A stretch of DNA of 64,000 bases from Streptosporangiaceae bacterium (lineage in GTDB: Bacteria; Actinomycetota; Actinomycetes; Streptosporangiales; Streptosporangiaceae), in contig DATIZP010000022.1 of assembly GCA_035517035.1 (NCBI GenBank), positions 13,605 to 77,604 on the forward strand, given 5' to 3'. The translations under genes and the position numbers were made by a program. Under the pieces are notes generated by a model. The model searched no databases. It saw nothing but the letters and a program-made list of their open reading frames with translations, and was not told the origin of the DNA. Shown piece by piece: positions 27,479 through 35,915 of this stretch (positions within the stretch are counted from its first letter, which is position 1; every line of letters begins with the position of its first letter).

Positions 27479-27533
27479 TCGGTGGACCGCGCTCGATAAC
27501 GGACAGAGCCAGGACGTTAGGAGAGGAGCGGCA

Positions 27534-28319
27534 GTGGGCGACAGCGTCAGATGCGAGGTGGACGGCTCGGTGGCGACGATCACGCTGAACCGGCCGGAGG
27601 CCAGAAACTCGCTGACCGAGGAGATGAAGGTCGGCCTGCTCGACGCGCTCCGCAGATGCGCCGCGGATGGGACCGTCCGCGCCGTCGTGCTGACCGGCGC
27701 CGGGCGGGCGTTCTGCGCCGGGCAGGACCTGCGCGAGCACGCCGACCACCTGGCGGGCGGGCAGGCGCTCGATACCGTGCGAGAGCACTACAACCCGATC
27801 ATCCTGGCGATCGCCACCATGCCCAAGCCGGTGATCGCAGCCCTGCCCGGGGTAGCGGCGGGGGCCGGCGCATCGATCGCGTTCGCCTGCGACTTCAGGA
27901 TCGCCGTGCGGACGGCGAGCTTCATGATGGCTTTCGCCAGGGTGGGCCTGGCCGCCGACTCGGGCGCGTCCTGGACCCTGCAGCGCCTGGCCGGCCCGGC
28001 GAAGGCCGCCGAGCTGCTGATGCTGGCCGAGCCGGTCCCTGCCGACCAGGCGCTTGCACTTGGCCTGCTGACCAGGGTGGTGGCCGATGCCGGGGAACTG
28101 GCCGCCCACGCCGGCGAGCTCGCGGCGCGGCTCGCGGCCGGCCCCACGGCCGCGTTCGCTGCGATCAAGGAGTCCCTGCTGTACGCGGCCGGACATGGCC
28201 TAGCCGACTCGCTGGACAAGGAGGCCGAGCTCCAGATCAGGCTCGGCGCTACCCGTGACCATCAGGCGGCGACTACGGCGTTCCTGAGCAAGCAGCAGCC
28301 GGTCTTCGAGGGCGCTTAG
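27534..28319 (+). CDS. enoyl-CoA hydratase/isomerase (PaaG-like)
   Basis: Part of ORF 27270..28319. GTG 27534 follows GGAGAGGAG. Crotonase motifs ITLNRPEARNSL and VLTGAGRAFCAGQDL. Confidence 0.85.
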   Translation: MGDSVRCEVDGSVATITLNRPEARNSLTEEMKVGLLDALRRCAADGTVRAVVLTGAGRAFCAGQDLREHADHLAGGQALDTVREHYNPIILAIATMPKPVIAALPGVAAGAGASIAFACDFRIAVRTASFMMAFARVGLAADSGASWTLQRLAGPAKAAELLMLAEPVPADQALALGLLTRVVADAGELAAHAGELAARLAAGPTAAFAAIKESLLYAAGHGLADSLDKEAELQIRLGATRDHQAATTAFLSKQQPVFEGA

Positions 28320-29662
28320 GGCCCGCGGTCCTCGTCGTACGGGCGGCTGCGCCGATCCTTCTCCAGGCTGACGCCATTGGGGCGGGCACCCACCTGGCCG
28401 GTGCCGTTCGACGCCAAGCCGACGCCGTCGCCGGCCATGCCGTTGCCGGCGGCGCCGTCACCGACACTGCCGTTGCCGACAGCCCTGTCGCCGACATTGC
28501 CGTCATCAACAGCGCCCTCGCCGAGGCTGGCCCAGTCCTCGGCGTCGCCGACCCAGGCCTCGCCGTCGCTGGCACGCCCCTCGCCGTCGCCGACCCAGGC
28601 CTCACTGTCGCCGGCACTCCCCTCGCCGGAAAAGGCCTCACGGTTCGCGCAGACGGCCGTGTCGCTGTGCTGGTCACCTGAGCGTGCCGCGATGAGTTCC
28701 TCGTGCGCGCAGACGATCCGCTCCTCCGCCTCGACCAGGTCGCTGACCAGGAGCCGGTCGTAGTGACCGTCCGGCTCCTGCCACCACAGGATGTCGCCGT
28801 GGCACCAGACGGTCAGCTGCTGGCTGACGGACAGGACAGCAAGCTCACCGCTTGACTCGGTGACCGGGACTAGCCCGGAGCCCAGACCACGGCGCTCAAG
28901 TGCCGCGGCCAGTTCCTCGATCGCACGGCAACCGCGCGGGGCCAGCCGCTGGCTGCGCGCTAGGTCATTGCCCGGCGGCACCCGGAGTGCGAACCAGACG
29001 GCCTTCCCCTGGACCTTCCACGACCCGAGCCTGCCCCTGGTCAGGTGATGACCCCAGCGGCCCGCCGACAGGCCGGCCACTAGTTGAAGGCCGCGGCCGC
29101 GCACCGAGTCGGGGCCGGCGGGCACGGCCGCCCCCACCGGAAGCGGCTCCCCGGCATCCCAGCCGGGCTCGGAGTCGAAGATCTTGCAGACGATCTCCCG
29201 GCCCGATCCCGAGGTGCGCAGGTAGAGCCAGAACTCGGGGACACCGCTGACCGGCCTGCGGCCGTGGCTGCCGAACTCGATGTTGCCGTGCGCGTTCATC
29301 GTGTTGGCCGCGAGCTCGCTTGCCATCGTGATGCCGTCGTAAGTCAGATCGCTCGGCAGGTCGGCGCCGGCGACCGCCTCACGGAAGAGTCGGCGGGCCG
29401 CGCTCGCGCAGCTGCCGTCGAGCGGCAGCGCCCGGACGAAGCAGCCGCCCGCGCGCACGCTGGCGTCAGAGAGCCTGACCTGAGGGGCAATGGTGTCGAC
29501 GGCGGTGTCGGCCAGCACTCCGGCGGGCCTGAACCGCCCGGATGAGGGTGGGCCGGTCGCCGTCATCTCAGCAACCGGGGCCGCTACGAAGGCGCCCGGA
29601 GGCGCTGGATGTCCCGGCTCTGGCTGGGCGGCCTGACCCCCCGCGGCGGGTGGCAGTAACAT
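28316..29662 (-). CDS. HATPase_c-like (RsbW/anti-sigma-type) ATP-binding protein with repetitive Gly/Asp-rich C-terminus
   Basis: The central region ASELAANTMNAH...IFDSEPGW...GRGLQLVAGLSAGRWG is typical of Streptomyces-type anti-sigma-like ATPases in WhiJ loci. The C-terminal 110 aa are repeats (EAWVGDGEG..., VGDRAVGNGSVGDGAAGNG). Confidence 0.7.
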   Translation of the reverse strand: MLLPPAAGGQAAQPEPGHPAPPGAFVAAPVAEMTATGPPSSGRFRPAGVLADTAVDTIAPQVRLSDASVRAGGCFVRALPLDGSCASAARRLFREAVAGADLPSDLTYDGITMASELAANTMNAHGNIEFGSHGRRPVSGVPEFWLYLRTSGSGREIVCKIFDSEPGWDAGEPLPVGAAVPAGPDSVRGRGLQLVAGLSAGRWGHHLTRGRLGSWKVQGKAVWFALRVPPGNDLARSQRLAPRGCRAIEELAAALERRGLGSGLVPVTESSGELAVLSVSQQLTVWCHGDILWWQEPDGHYDRLLVSDLVEAEERIVCAHEELIAARSGDQHSDTAVCANREAFSGEGSAGDSEAWVGDGEGRASDGEAWVGDAEDWASLGEGAVDDGNVGDRAVGNGSVGDGAAGNGMAGDGVGLASNGTGQVGARPNGVSLEKDRRSRPYDEDRGP

Positions 29663-29687
29663 CCTGGCCCGCCTTCCAGAGTTCGGT

Positions 29688-29704
29688 ATCTGTGAAACAC
29701 AGAT
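29688..29704. promoter_or_regulatory. perfect 7-3-7 palindrome ATCTGTGaaaCACAGAT upstream of the HATPase gene (candidate operator)
   Basis: It lies 26 nt upstream of ATG 29662 in an AT-rich region. CAGATTAC recurs at 29699-29706 and 29753-29760. Confidence 0.4.
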
Positions 29705-29907
29705 TACGAGTCATTTGGCACTCTTCGCAATGACCCCGGGCACACATGGCACCAGATTACTTTGCCGACGAGATGAACGCTGCATCTGTCCGGTTAAGGG
29801 CGATTGTTAGATTTGCAGTTGGTTTGGCGCGACCGCTGGGGGCGGCCGGTAGCCGTTCTTCCCAGGTTAGACCGCCGGAGGCTTCGAGGCAGGCGCAGTG
29901 ACAAAAG

Positions 29908-29939
29908 GAGTCCCCCGAGGCTCCCTCCTCGGGGGACTC
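29908..29939 (-). terminator. intrinsic terminator after the XRE-DUF397 operon
   Basis: Perfect 13-bp stem GAGTCCCCCGAGG/CCTCGGGGGACTC with a 6-nt loop, followed on the minus strand by CTTTTGT. It lies 56 nt downstream of the DUF397 stop. Confidence 0.75.
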
Positions 29940-29995
29940 TGCTCGGCGGCCTGCTCGGCGCTATGTGCGCGGGCCCTCCCGGCAGCCGGATTGGA

Positions 29996-30319
29996 CTAGA
30001 TGTCGTAGCGGCCACTCTTCAGATCGGCGAGCAGTGCCGCAAATGCGCTTGGCCTGACGACGTGCGCGCCGTCGGCCGGTCTGGCGCTGTCCCGCACGGC
30101 GACAACGCCGGGCAGATTGGCCGCGACCTCCACGCAGCCGGCATTGGCGTAGCTTCCCGCGGCCTTGCGCCAGAGCGCACCAGACAGGTCCGTGTCGACC
30201 GAGCCGGCGTTCTCCGGCCCAATACCGGTCGGCCCAGTACCGGTCGGCCCGGCGTTCGCCAACCTAGTGCCCGCCGACCTAGCGTTCGTCGACCCGGCGT
30301 TCGTCGACCCAGCGATCAT
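29996..30319 (-). CDS. DUF397 domain protein
   Basis: ORF 29996..30412 trimmed to ATG 30319, 4 nt after the XRE gene stop. C-terminus WRKAAGSYANAGCVEVAANLPGVVAVRDSARPADGAHVV..FAALLADLKSGRYD is the DUF397 signature. The N-terminus contains two 15-bp duplications. Confidence 0.8.
   Translation of the reverse strand: MIAGSTNAGSTNARSAGTRLANAGPTGTGPTGIGPENAGSVDTDLSGALWRKAAGSYANAGCVEVAANLPGVVAVRDSARPADGAHVVRPSAFAALLADLKSGRYDI
30222..30310 (-). repeat. two separate 15-bp duplications in the DUF397 gene N-terminus
   Basis: ATACCGGTCGGCCCA/GTACCGGTCGGCCCG (30222-30251) and AGCGTTCGTCGACCC/GGCGTTCGTCGACCC (30281-30310). Confidence 0.9.
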
Positions 30320-30323
30320 CCGC

Positions 30324-31175
30324 TCACTCCAGCCGCTCGGAGAGTTGCCTGAGGTACGCGACCGTGTCCCGCGGCTCAAGCGCCACGTCCACCGCCCGGT
30401 CGAATGCCTCAAGGTAGCTGTTCACGTACTCAGGGTCGGTGACTTCCTGTATTCCGTGGTCACTCTCGGTAAAAACCAGGCTGGGCTGGCCACCGTCGTA
30501 GTCGAACACCTGCACGGCGGAGAACAGCCCGGGCGGCGGCCCGTCAATGAACCTCTGCAAGTGCAGCTGGATGCCAGGCCGCTCGCCCATCTCGGCCAGG
30601 TGCCGCAGCTGTTCCTGCCGCTCGGCCCTGCTGCCCCACCGGTACAGCAGCGACGCCTCGGCGATCACCGCCTGAAGCTGCGGCATCGTGCTCTTGTCGC
30701 GCTCCAGGATCTGCTGGCGACGCAGCCTCGCCTCGGTGGCCCGGCGCCGCCACGCGGGCGGCTTACCCCCCGACCGCATCAGCGCGCCGATGTAGTCGGG
30801 CGTCTGCAGCAGGCCGGGAATCACCAGGGGAAAGAAGACCCTGATCCGGGAGGCATCCGCCTCGAACCCGGGGAACTCGTTGTCAAAGATGTCCTGGTAG
30901 TCGCGCCACCACGGCCGGACCCTGGCCTTCATGGCCAGATCCTCGATCTCCCTGGTGGCCGCCTCGTCAGCCTCGTAGAACCGGAGGAGGTCCCGAATGT
31001 CACTCATTTCCGGGCGTTTCCACTGATTTGCCTCGAAACGTCCGACCTTGCCGCGACCCCAGTTGAGCATGTCGCAGACGTGATTCGCCGTGTACCCGGC
31101 ATCGACCCGCAGTTCGGTCAGGCGGTGCGCGAGGCGGAGCTTGGCGATGGTGGCGCCATAGGCGTCATCGCTCAC
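30324..31175 (-). CDS. XRE-family helix-turn-helix regulator with DUF5753 domain (WhiJ-like)
   Basis: HTH: IAKLRLAHRLTELRVDAGYTANHVCDMLNWGRGKVGRFEAN. The C-terminal domain has LLQTPDY. GTG start with GAGGAGG 6 nt upstream. Confidence 0.85.
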   Translation of the reverse strand: MSDDAYGATIAKLRLAHRLTELRVDAGYTANHVCDMLNWGRGKVGRFEANQWKRPEMSDIRDLLRFYEADEAATREIEDLAMKARVRPWWRDYQDIFDNEFPGFEADASRIRVFFPLVIPGLLQTPDYIGALMRSGGKPPAWRRRATEARLRRQQILERDKSTMPQLQAVIAEASLLYRWGSRAERQEQLRHLAEMGERPGIQLHLQRFIDGPPPGLFSAVQVFDYDGGQPSLVFTESDHGIQEVTDPEYVNSYLEAFDRAVDVALEPRDTVAYLRQLSERLE

Positions 31176-31204
31176 CGTCGACCTCCTCGAACCACGGTGT
31201 TGCT

Positions 31205-31234
31205 ACTCTAGGGCACCAAACTTGCGATTCACAA
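31205..31234 (-). promoter_or_regulatory. candidate sigma-70-type promoter of the XRE/DUF397 operon
   Basis: The minus strand reads TTGTGA-N18-TAGAGT, about 30 nt upstream of GTG 31175, in an AT-rich intergenic region. Confidence 0.45.
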
Positions 31235-31248
31235 TTCATGTCATCAAT
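31234..31248. promoter_or_regulatory. imperfect palindrome ATTcATGtCATcAAT abutting the -35 of the XRE promoter (candidate operator)
   Basis: 6 of 7 arm positions are complementary. Position fits autoregulation by the HTH protein. Confidence 0.3.
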
Positions 31249-31415
31249 CGTTACATTGCGCGATACGGACGCCGCAGGCGGCGGACCATGCGAGCGCCCG
31301 CTCCGCCTTTACTGCGACGTATATGACTTTACGCACATCCATTCGATAAAGGACGGCGGCCTGCGCCCGAGGATTTCCAGGGGCTTCCGCTCGGGAAGCA
31401 GCCGCGCCGGCCGAC

Positions 31416-31955
31416 CTACCGACCGTGCGGACCATCGCGCTGGCTGGCACCGCTGCCGCACCCGGGCTCGACCTGCTCCCCGGCGGGCGGGGCAGCGTCG
31501 AACTCCCCGGCGGGCGGGGCAGCGTCGAACTCCCCGCCCCGGGCGCCGTCGACGAAGTACCTCCACTCGGCGGGGTCGTAGACGAGCACCCGGCCCGACC
31601 GGTCGCCGGCCACCCTGAGCAGCACAAACTCAGCCGCTCCGGCGCCCGTCCCGGCTGGCCCGCGCGAGCCGTTCTCGCCGGGCTCAGGGGGTGTTGCGCC
31701 CATCGGGGTGGCCTGCCCGGACTCCGAAGCCGACGCCGGCGGGTCGTGATCGCTCACGCCCGGTGCGGCACCGTGCTCGGCGGACCAGACGAACGCCACC
31801 TCGAACGAGCCGTCGCCCGCACCGGAACGCTGCCAGTCCAGGCTGGCCAGGTCCAGGCCGAGCTGCCGCACGGTCGGTTTCGGGCGCGAGGTCTGCGGCT
31901 CGTCCGATGCCATGAGTCTCTGCCGATCTTGTGCTGCCATTTTCGTGTCGCGCAC
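31416..31955 (-). CDS. DUF397-like protein with internal insertion and 27-bp duplication
   Basis: LDWQRSGAGDGSFEVAFV ... VLLRVAGDRSGRVLVYDPAEWRYFVDGARGGEFD resembles a split DUF397 domain. GEFDAAPPA is duplicated (31486-31539). Alternative starts at 31940/31913. Confidence 0.55.
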   Translation of the reverse strand: MRDTKMAAQDRQRLMASDEPQTSRPKPTVRQLGLDLASLDWQRSGAGDGSFEVAFVWSAEHGAAPGVSDHDPPASASESGQATPMGATPPEPGENGSRGPAGTGAGAAEFVLLRVAGDRSGRVLVYDPAEWRYFVDGARGGEFDAAPPAGEFDAAPPAGEQVEPGCGSGASQRDGPHGR

Positions 31956-32032
31956 GCCGTCCGGACGCGTCCCTTGCCGCCAGCCGAGTCCCAGCGGCGC
32001 CGGTCAGAATATCGCGGGCACGTGCGGACCAG

Positions 32033-32614
32033 TTATGACCGGCGGGCACAGCACCCAGCAAGATGATCATCGACGACGCCGCAGGCCTGCATCATGGCGT
32101 AGGCCGTGACCGGCCCGGTGAACCGGAAGCCGTGCCTGCGCAGTTCGCCGGAGAGCGCCTTGGACGCCGGCGTCCACGACGGCACCTCGTCCAGGGTGGC
32201 GGGCACGCGTTTCCCTTCCACCTCGTAGCTCCAGACCGTAGCGGCCAGACCGGCGGGCAGATCAAGCGCTGCTCGCGCGTTGGCGATCGCGGCCTCGATC
32301 TTCGCGCGGTTTCGCACGATCCCGGCGTCGGCGAGCAGTCTGGCGACATCATCTGGCCCGAATGCGGCGACGGTGGCTAGGTCGAAGCCGCTGAAGGCGG
32401 CACGGAAGTTCGGCCGCTTGCGCAGGATCGTCAGCCAAGACAGTCCGGACTGGAAAGCCTCAAGGCACAGCCGCTCGAACATGCCGACGTCGTCGCGTAC
32501 CGGCCTGCCCCACTCTTCGTCGTGGTAGGCGAGATAGTCCGGCGTGCTCAGGCACCAGGGGCAGCGGAGCGCGCCGTCCGGCCCGGCGACGACTCCCCTG
32601 GCGCCCTCGGTCAT
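32033..32614 (-). CDS. tag: DNA-3-methyladenine glycosylase I
   Basis: RCPWCLSTPDYLAYHDEEWGRPV..., FERLCLEAFQSGLSWLTILRKR, GIVRNRAKI. Confidence 0.9.
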   Translation of the reverse strand: MTEGARGVVAGPDGALRCPWCLSTPDYLAYHDEEWGRPVRDDVGMFERLCLEAFQSGLSWLTILRKRPNFRAAFSGFDLATVAAFGPDDVARLLADAGIVRNRAKIEAAIANARAALDLPAGLAATVWSYEVEGKRVPATLDEVPSWTPASKALSGELRRHGFRFTGPVTAYAMMQACGVVDDHLAGCCARRS

Positions 32615-33330
32615 GACCGCGACGACGGCGGCGCGGCAGCGGCGGGCTGGTCGCCGACTGCCTCCTGCCCCGCGGTCACCAGCTGGCCGTCTGCTGCCTC
32701 CTGCCCCGCAGTCACCGGCTGCTCGGCCCTTGCCGATTGCCCGCCGGCCGGGGGCTGCCCGGCAGCCGGGTCTTCACCGGCGGTCTGTGCGGCCGCGGGA
32801 CCGTCCGGCAGCGCTTGCGCCGCGTCCGCCGGCGCCGAGGCAGCCGCCTGCACCTGTTGGGCGCCGGATGCCGCCGTGGCGGCGGCATCCGCATCCGCGT
32901 CGAACTGCCTGGCCATCGCGGCGTCCGCGGCCTCGTCGGACTGGAACCACACCGCGTGATCCGCTGCCGCGGCCGGCTGCACGGCCAGCGACCGCAGCAG
33001 AGCAGCAGCCTCAACGGCCGGATCGGCCGGAATCAGAGGCGGCCGCCGGCCGGCCAGTTCGGCCCGCAGCATGGCGATCTCAGCGTCACGGTCGGCCAGC
33101 ATCTGGGCGGCGGCCCGCAGCGCGTCGCCGGTCGCGAGTTCCTGGCAGCCGAGCAGGGCGAGCGGCAGCCGTAGCGTGGCCACGTCGGACGGCGTCCTCA
33201 GCCGGAACCTGTACTCGGGCAGATCCCGGCGGAACTCGGCGATCTCACCGCCGCGGCCCATCGCGACGACGACCACGCCGGCCAGGATCGCGACAGCGGC
33301 CACCAGCAGCACGACGTACACACCGTGCAT
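32611..33330 (-). CDS. membrane-anchored DivIVA-like/coiled-coil protein with low-complexity tail
   Basis: N-terminal TM helix (VYVVLLVAAVAILAGVVVVAM) and a short coiled-coil (DRDAEIAMLRAEL). The Ala/Gln/Pro-rich C-terminus carries a 36-bp repeat (VTAGQEA twice). The functional call is weak. Confidence 0.55.
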   Translation of the reverse strand: MHGVYVVLLVAAVAILAGVVVVAMGRGGEIAEFRRDLPEYRFRLRTPSDVATLRLPLALLGCQELATGDALRAAAQMLADRDAEIAMLRAELAGRRPPLIPADPAVEAAALLRSLAVQPAAAADHAVWFQSDEAADAAMARQFDADADAAATAASGAQQVQAAASAPADAAQALPDGPAAAQTAGEDPAAGQPPAGGQSARAEQPVTAGQEAADGQLVTAGQEAVGDQPAAAAPPSSRS

Positions 33331-33460
33331 CGTGTCATGTCGCGGCGCGCGGCGAAACTCGCCGGCGGCAACTCCCGCCGGGCCTGCGCTGCCAGGAGGT
33401 TCCGGGCACGGCCGCGAGCGGGCACGGCCGCGAGCGTGTGTCTGCTCCTGGCACCTGACC

Positions 33461-34312
33461 TCAGGCGTCTACCCCGTGATCGCGCAGCACCTCGTTGAGC
33501 GTCGACCTGTCGTGGCGCTCGCCCTCGGCGAGTCGCCTGAGCACCAGAACGCACGGCATCCCGAACTCACCGCCGCCGAACTTCCTCGTGCGCATGCCGC
33601 TGACGCAGACCGACCAGGCCGGGGCCTCGCCGCGAGGCAGCTCCTCGCCCGATTCCACGTCGATCACGCGCATGGTCGGCGTCAGGATCGTCCCGGCCCC
33701 GACCACGGCGCCGGCCCTGACCCGCGCACCCATCACCACCATGGACCGGGACCCGATGAACGCCTCGTCCTCGACCACCACAGGCACGGCGTTCGGCGGC
33801 TCGAGCACCCCGCCGATGCCCACGCCGCCGGACAGGTGCACGTTCTTGCCGATCTGGGCGCACGAGCCCACGGTTGCCCAGGTGTCGACCATCGTCCCCG
33901 AGTCCACATAGGCGCCAATGTTCACGAACGACGGCATCAGCACGGCACCGGGCGCCACGTAGGCGCCCCACCGCACGATCGAGCCGGCCACGGCGCGGAC
34001 GCCGTCCAGCTGCGAGGTCAATGGCACCCGGTCGTGGAACCTGAAGTCCCCGACCTGCGAGCGCACCATCGGCAGCACACGGAAGGCCAGCAAGATCGCC
34101 CGCTTGGCCCGTTCGTCCACCGCCACCGAGTCGCTGGCCGGATCCACCCAGGCGACCCGCACCTCGCCAGCGTCGATCCGGTCGACCGCCTCGGTGATGA
34201 CACGCCGGGCCTGCGCGTTGGCGGGCGTCAGGTCGGCGCGGGTCTCCCAGAGCGCGTCGATCTGGTCGGGCAGCGGGGAACTGACGTGCGGCGCTGCGCA
34301 AGACTCGTCCAT
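33461..34312 (-). CDS. dapD: 2,3,4,5-tetrahydropyridine-2,6-dicarboxylate N-succinyltransferase
   Basis: Close match by eye to E. coli-type DapD: VLMPSFVNIGAYVDSGTMVDTWATVGSCAQIGKNVHLSGGVGIGGVLEP. Confidence 0.92.
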   Translation of the reverse strand: MDESCAAPHVSSPLPDQIDALWETRADLTPANAQARRVITEAVDRIDAGEVRVAWVDPASDSVAVDERAKRAILLAFRVLPMVRSQVGDFRFHDRVPLTSQLDGVRAVAGSIVRWGAYVAPGAVLMPSFVNIGAYVDSGTMVDTWATVGSCAQIGKNVHLSGGVGIGGVLEPPNAVPVVVEDEAFIGSRSMVVMGARVRAGAVVGAGTILTPTMRVIDVESGEELPRGEAPAWSVCVSGMRTRKFGGGEFGMPCVLVLRRLAEGERHDRSTLNEVLRDHGVDA

Positions 34313-34357
34313 GGTGAGCGAGCGTACCGGTCAGGCCTAGCAGGTAACTTCTGATGC

Positions 34358-35440
34358 GTGGCACAAGCACGGTCGCGGCGGGTCGGCGTGGCGTCCGTCG
34401 TCGTCATCGCGCTCATCATCGCCGCGCTGGCGCTTGCCAAGTCCAGGCACGTCCGTTTCAGCCCTCCGATCGGGAGCGGATGCCTGGTCCACGCTCGCGG
34501 CTTTGACGTGCCACTGACGTCAGGACAGGCGGGCATCGCCTCGATCATCGCAGGCGTTGCCGCCCGCCGGTCCCTGCCCGTGCGGGCCGTGACGATCGCC
34601 TACGCGGCGGCGCTCCAGGAGTCCGACCTGGCCAACCTGCCGTACGGCGACCGGGACTCGGTCGGCGTCTTCCAGCAACGGCCATCGCAGGGCTGGGGCA
34701 CCAGGCGGGAGCTCCTCGACCCCGTGTACGCGACCCAGCGCTTCTTCGCCGCGCTCGTGGCCGTACCCAACTACCAGCATCTGCTGATCTACCAGGCCGC
34801 CCAGGCGGTGCAGCACAGCGCCGACGGCCAGGCCTACAGCCAGTACGCGGGCCAAGGCGCTGCGATGGCGACAGGCTTCACCGGACAGAGCCCGCACGAC
34901 GTGTGGTGCTGGTATGGCACCGGAGTCAGCGGGCCAGACCGGCTCGCCGCGGCCAGCAGGCAGCTGAACCGCGCGTTCGGCAGGCTGGCCGTCGACCATG
35001 TGGGCGACCCGACAGCGCGGGTGCACGTCCGCAGCCAGGCAGCGGGCTGGGCCGTCGCCGCCTGGCTGGTCACCCACGCGAGCAGCTACGGCATCAAGCA
35101 CGTGAGCTACCTGGGCTATCAGTGGACAGCGGCGGCCGGCCAGAAGGGCTGGATCAGACTCACGGGCAAGCACGCAAGCTCGCGCCCGTCCAGCACTCAC
35201 GGCAGTGCCGGCCTCGGCAGCGCCGGCCTCGGCAGCGCAGGCCCCGGCAGCACACGCCACGGCAGCACAGGCCCCGGCAGCACACGCCACGGCAGCACGC
35301 GCGACGGCAGCACACGCCACGGCGGTCATGACGGCACTGCTCATGACGGCACTGTGCATGACGGCACTGCTCATGGCACCGCGCGCCACGGCGACCATGG
35401 CCGCGCCAGGTCAGACGGCGGCACAGTGACGTTCGGCTGA
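34358..35440 (+). CDS. conserved membrane-anchored/secreted hypothetical protein with repetitive C-terminus
   Basis: N-terminal TM helix and a conserved core (PYGDRDSVGVFQQRPSQGWGT). The last 65 aa or so are encoded by a 15-bp tandem array (35201-35400). Confidence 0.7.
   Translation: MAQARSRRVGVASVVVIALIIAALALAKSRHVRFSPPIGSGCLVHARGFDVPLTSGQAGIASIIAGVAARRSLPVRAVTIAYAAALQESDLANLPYGDRDSVGVFQQRPSQGWGTRRELLDPVYATQRFFAALVAVPNYQHLLIYQAAQAVQHSADGQAYSQYAGQGAAMATGFTGQSPHDVWCWYGTGVSGPDRLAAASRQLNRAFGRLAVDHVGDPTARVHVRSQAAGWAVAAWLVTHASSYGIKHVSYLGYQWTAAAGQKGWIRLTGKHASSRPSSTHGSAGLGSAGLGSAGPGSTRHGSTGPGSTRHGSTRDGSTRHGGHDGTAHDGTVHDGTAHGTARHGDHGRARSDGGTVTFG
35201..35400 (+). repeat. 15-bp in-frame tandem array (about 13 units) at the 3-prime end of the CDS
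   Basis: Units include GGCAGYGCCGGCCTC, GGCAGCACACGCCAC and GGCACTGCTCATGAC, encoding GSAGL/GSTRH/GTAHD pentapeptides. Confidence 0.9.
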
Positions 35441-35571
35441 TACCCTGCCATGCCTGCGGAGCTGTGCGCCGCCCCGATGCCGGGTCGGCTTCGCGATACC
35501 GGCGCAATCCGCGATACTGGACCGGACGCTGCGGACCAGTGCCCGGCTGCGGTTGAAAGAGGAGTTCGCAA

Positions 35572-35898
35572 GTGACGTACATCATCGCCCTACCCTGCGT
35601 CGATGTGCTGGACCGTTCATGCATCGAGGAGTGCCCGGTCGACTGCATCTACGAGGGCGAGCGCATGCTTTACATCCACCCCGACGAGTGCGTGGACTGC
35701 GGGGCTTGCGAGCCGGTCTGCCCGGTGGAGGCCATCTACTACGAGGACGACGTGCCCGCGCAGTGGAAGGACTACTACAAGATCAACGTCGACTTCTTCG
35801 ACGATCTCGGCTCTCCCGGCGGCGCGTCCAAGACCGGCAAGATCGGCAGGGACCACCCGGCGGTCGCCGCCCTGCCGCCGCAAGAGACCGAGCACTGA
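35572..35898 (+). CDS. fdxA: 7Fe ferredoxin
   Basis: [29 protein letters not shown]...[16 protein letters not shown]. Confidence 0.92.
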   Translation: MTYIIALPCVDVLDRSCIEECPVDCIYEGERMLYIHPDECVDCGACEPVCPVEAIYYEDDVPAQWKDYYKINVDFFDDLGSPGGASKTGKIGRDHPAVAALPPQETEH

Positions 35899-35915
35899 CT
35901 CCCGGCGGTAGGGCG

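Noticed and set aside
26654-28319. paaX plus a single paaG-like hydratase as a phenylacetate catabolic cluster.
   Set aside because: None of the paaABCDE oxygenase, paaK ligase or paaZ genes are in the window. I treat it as a regulator with one crotonase gene; the remainder may be elsewhere.
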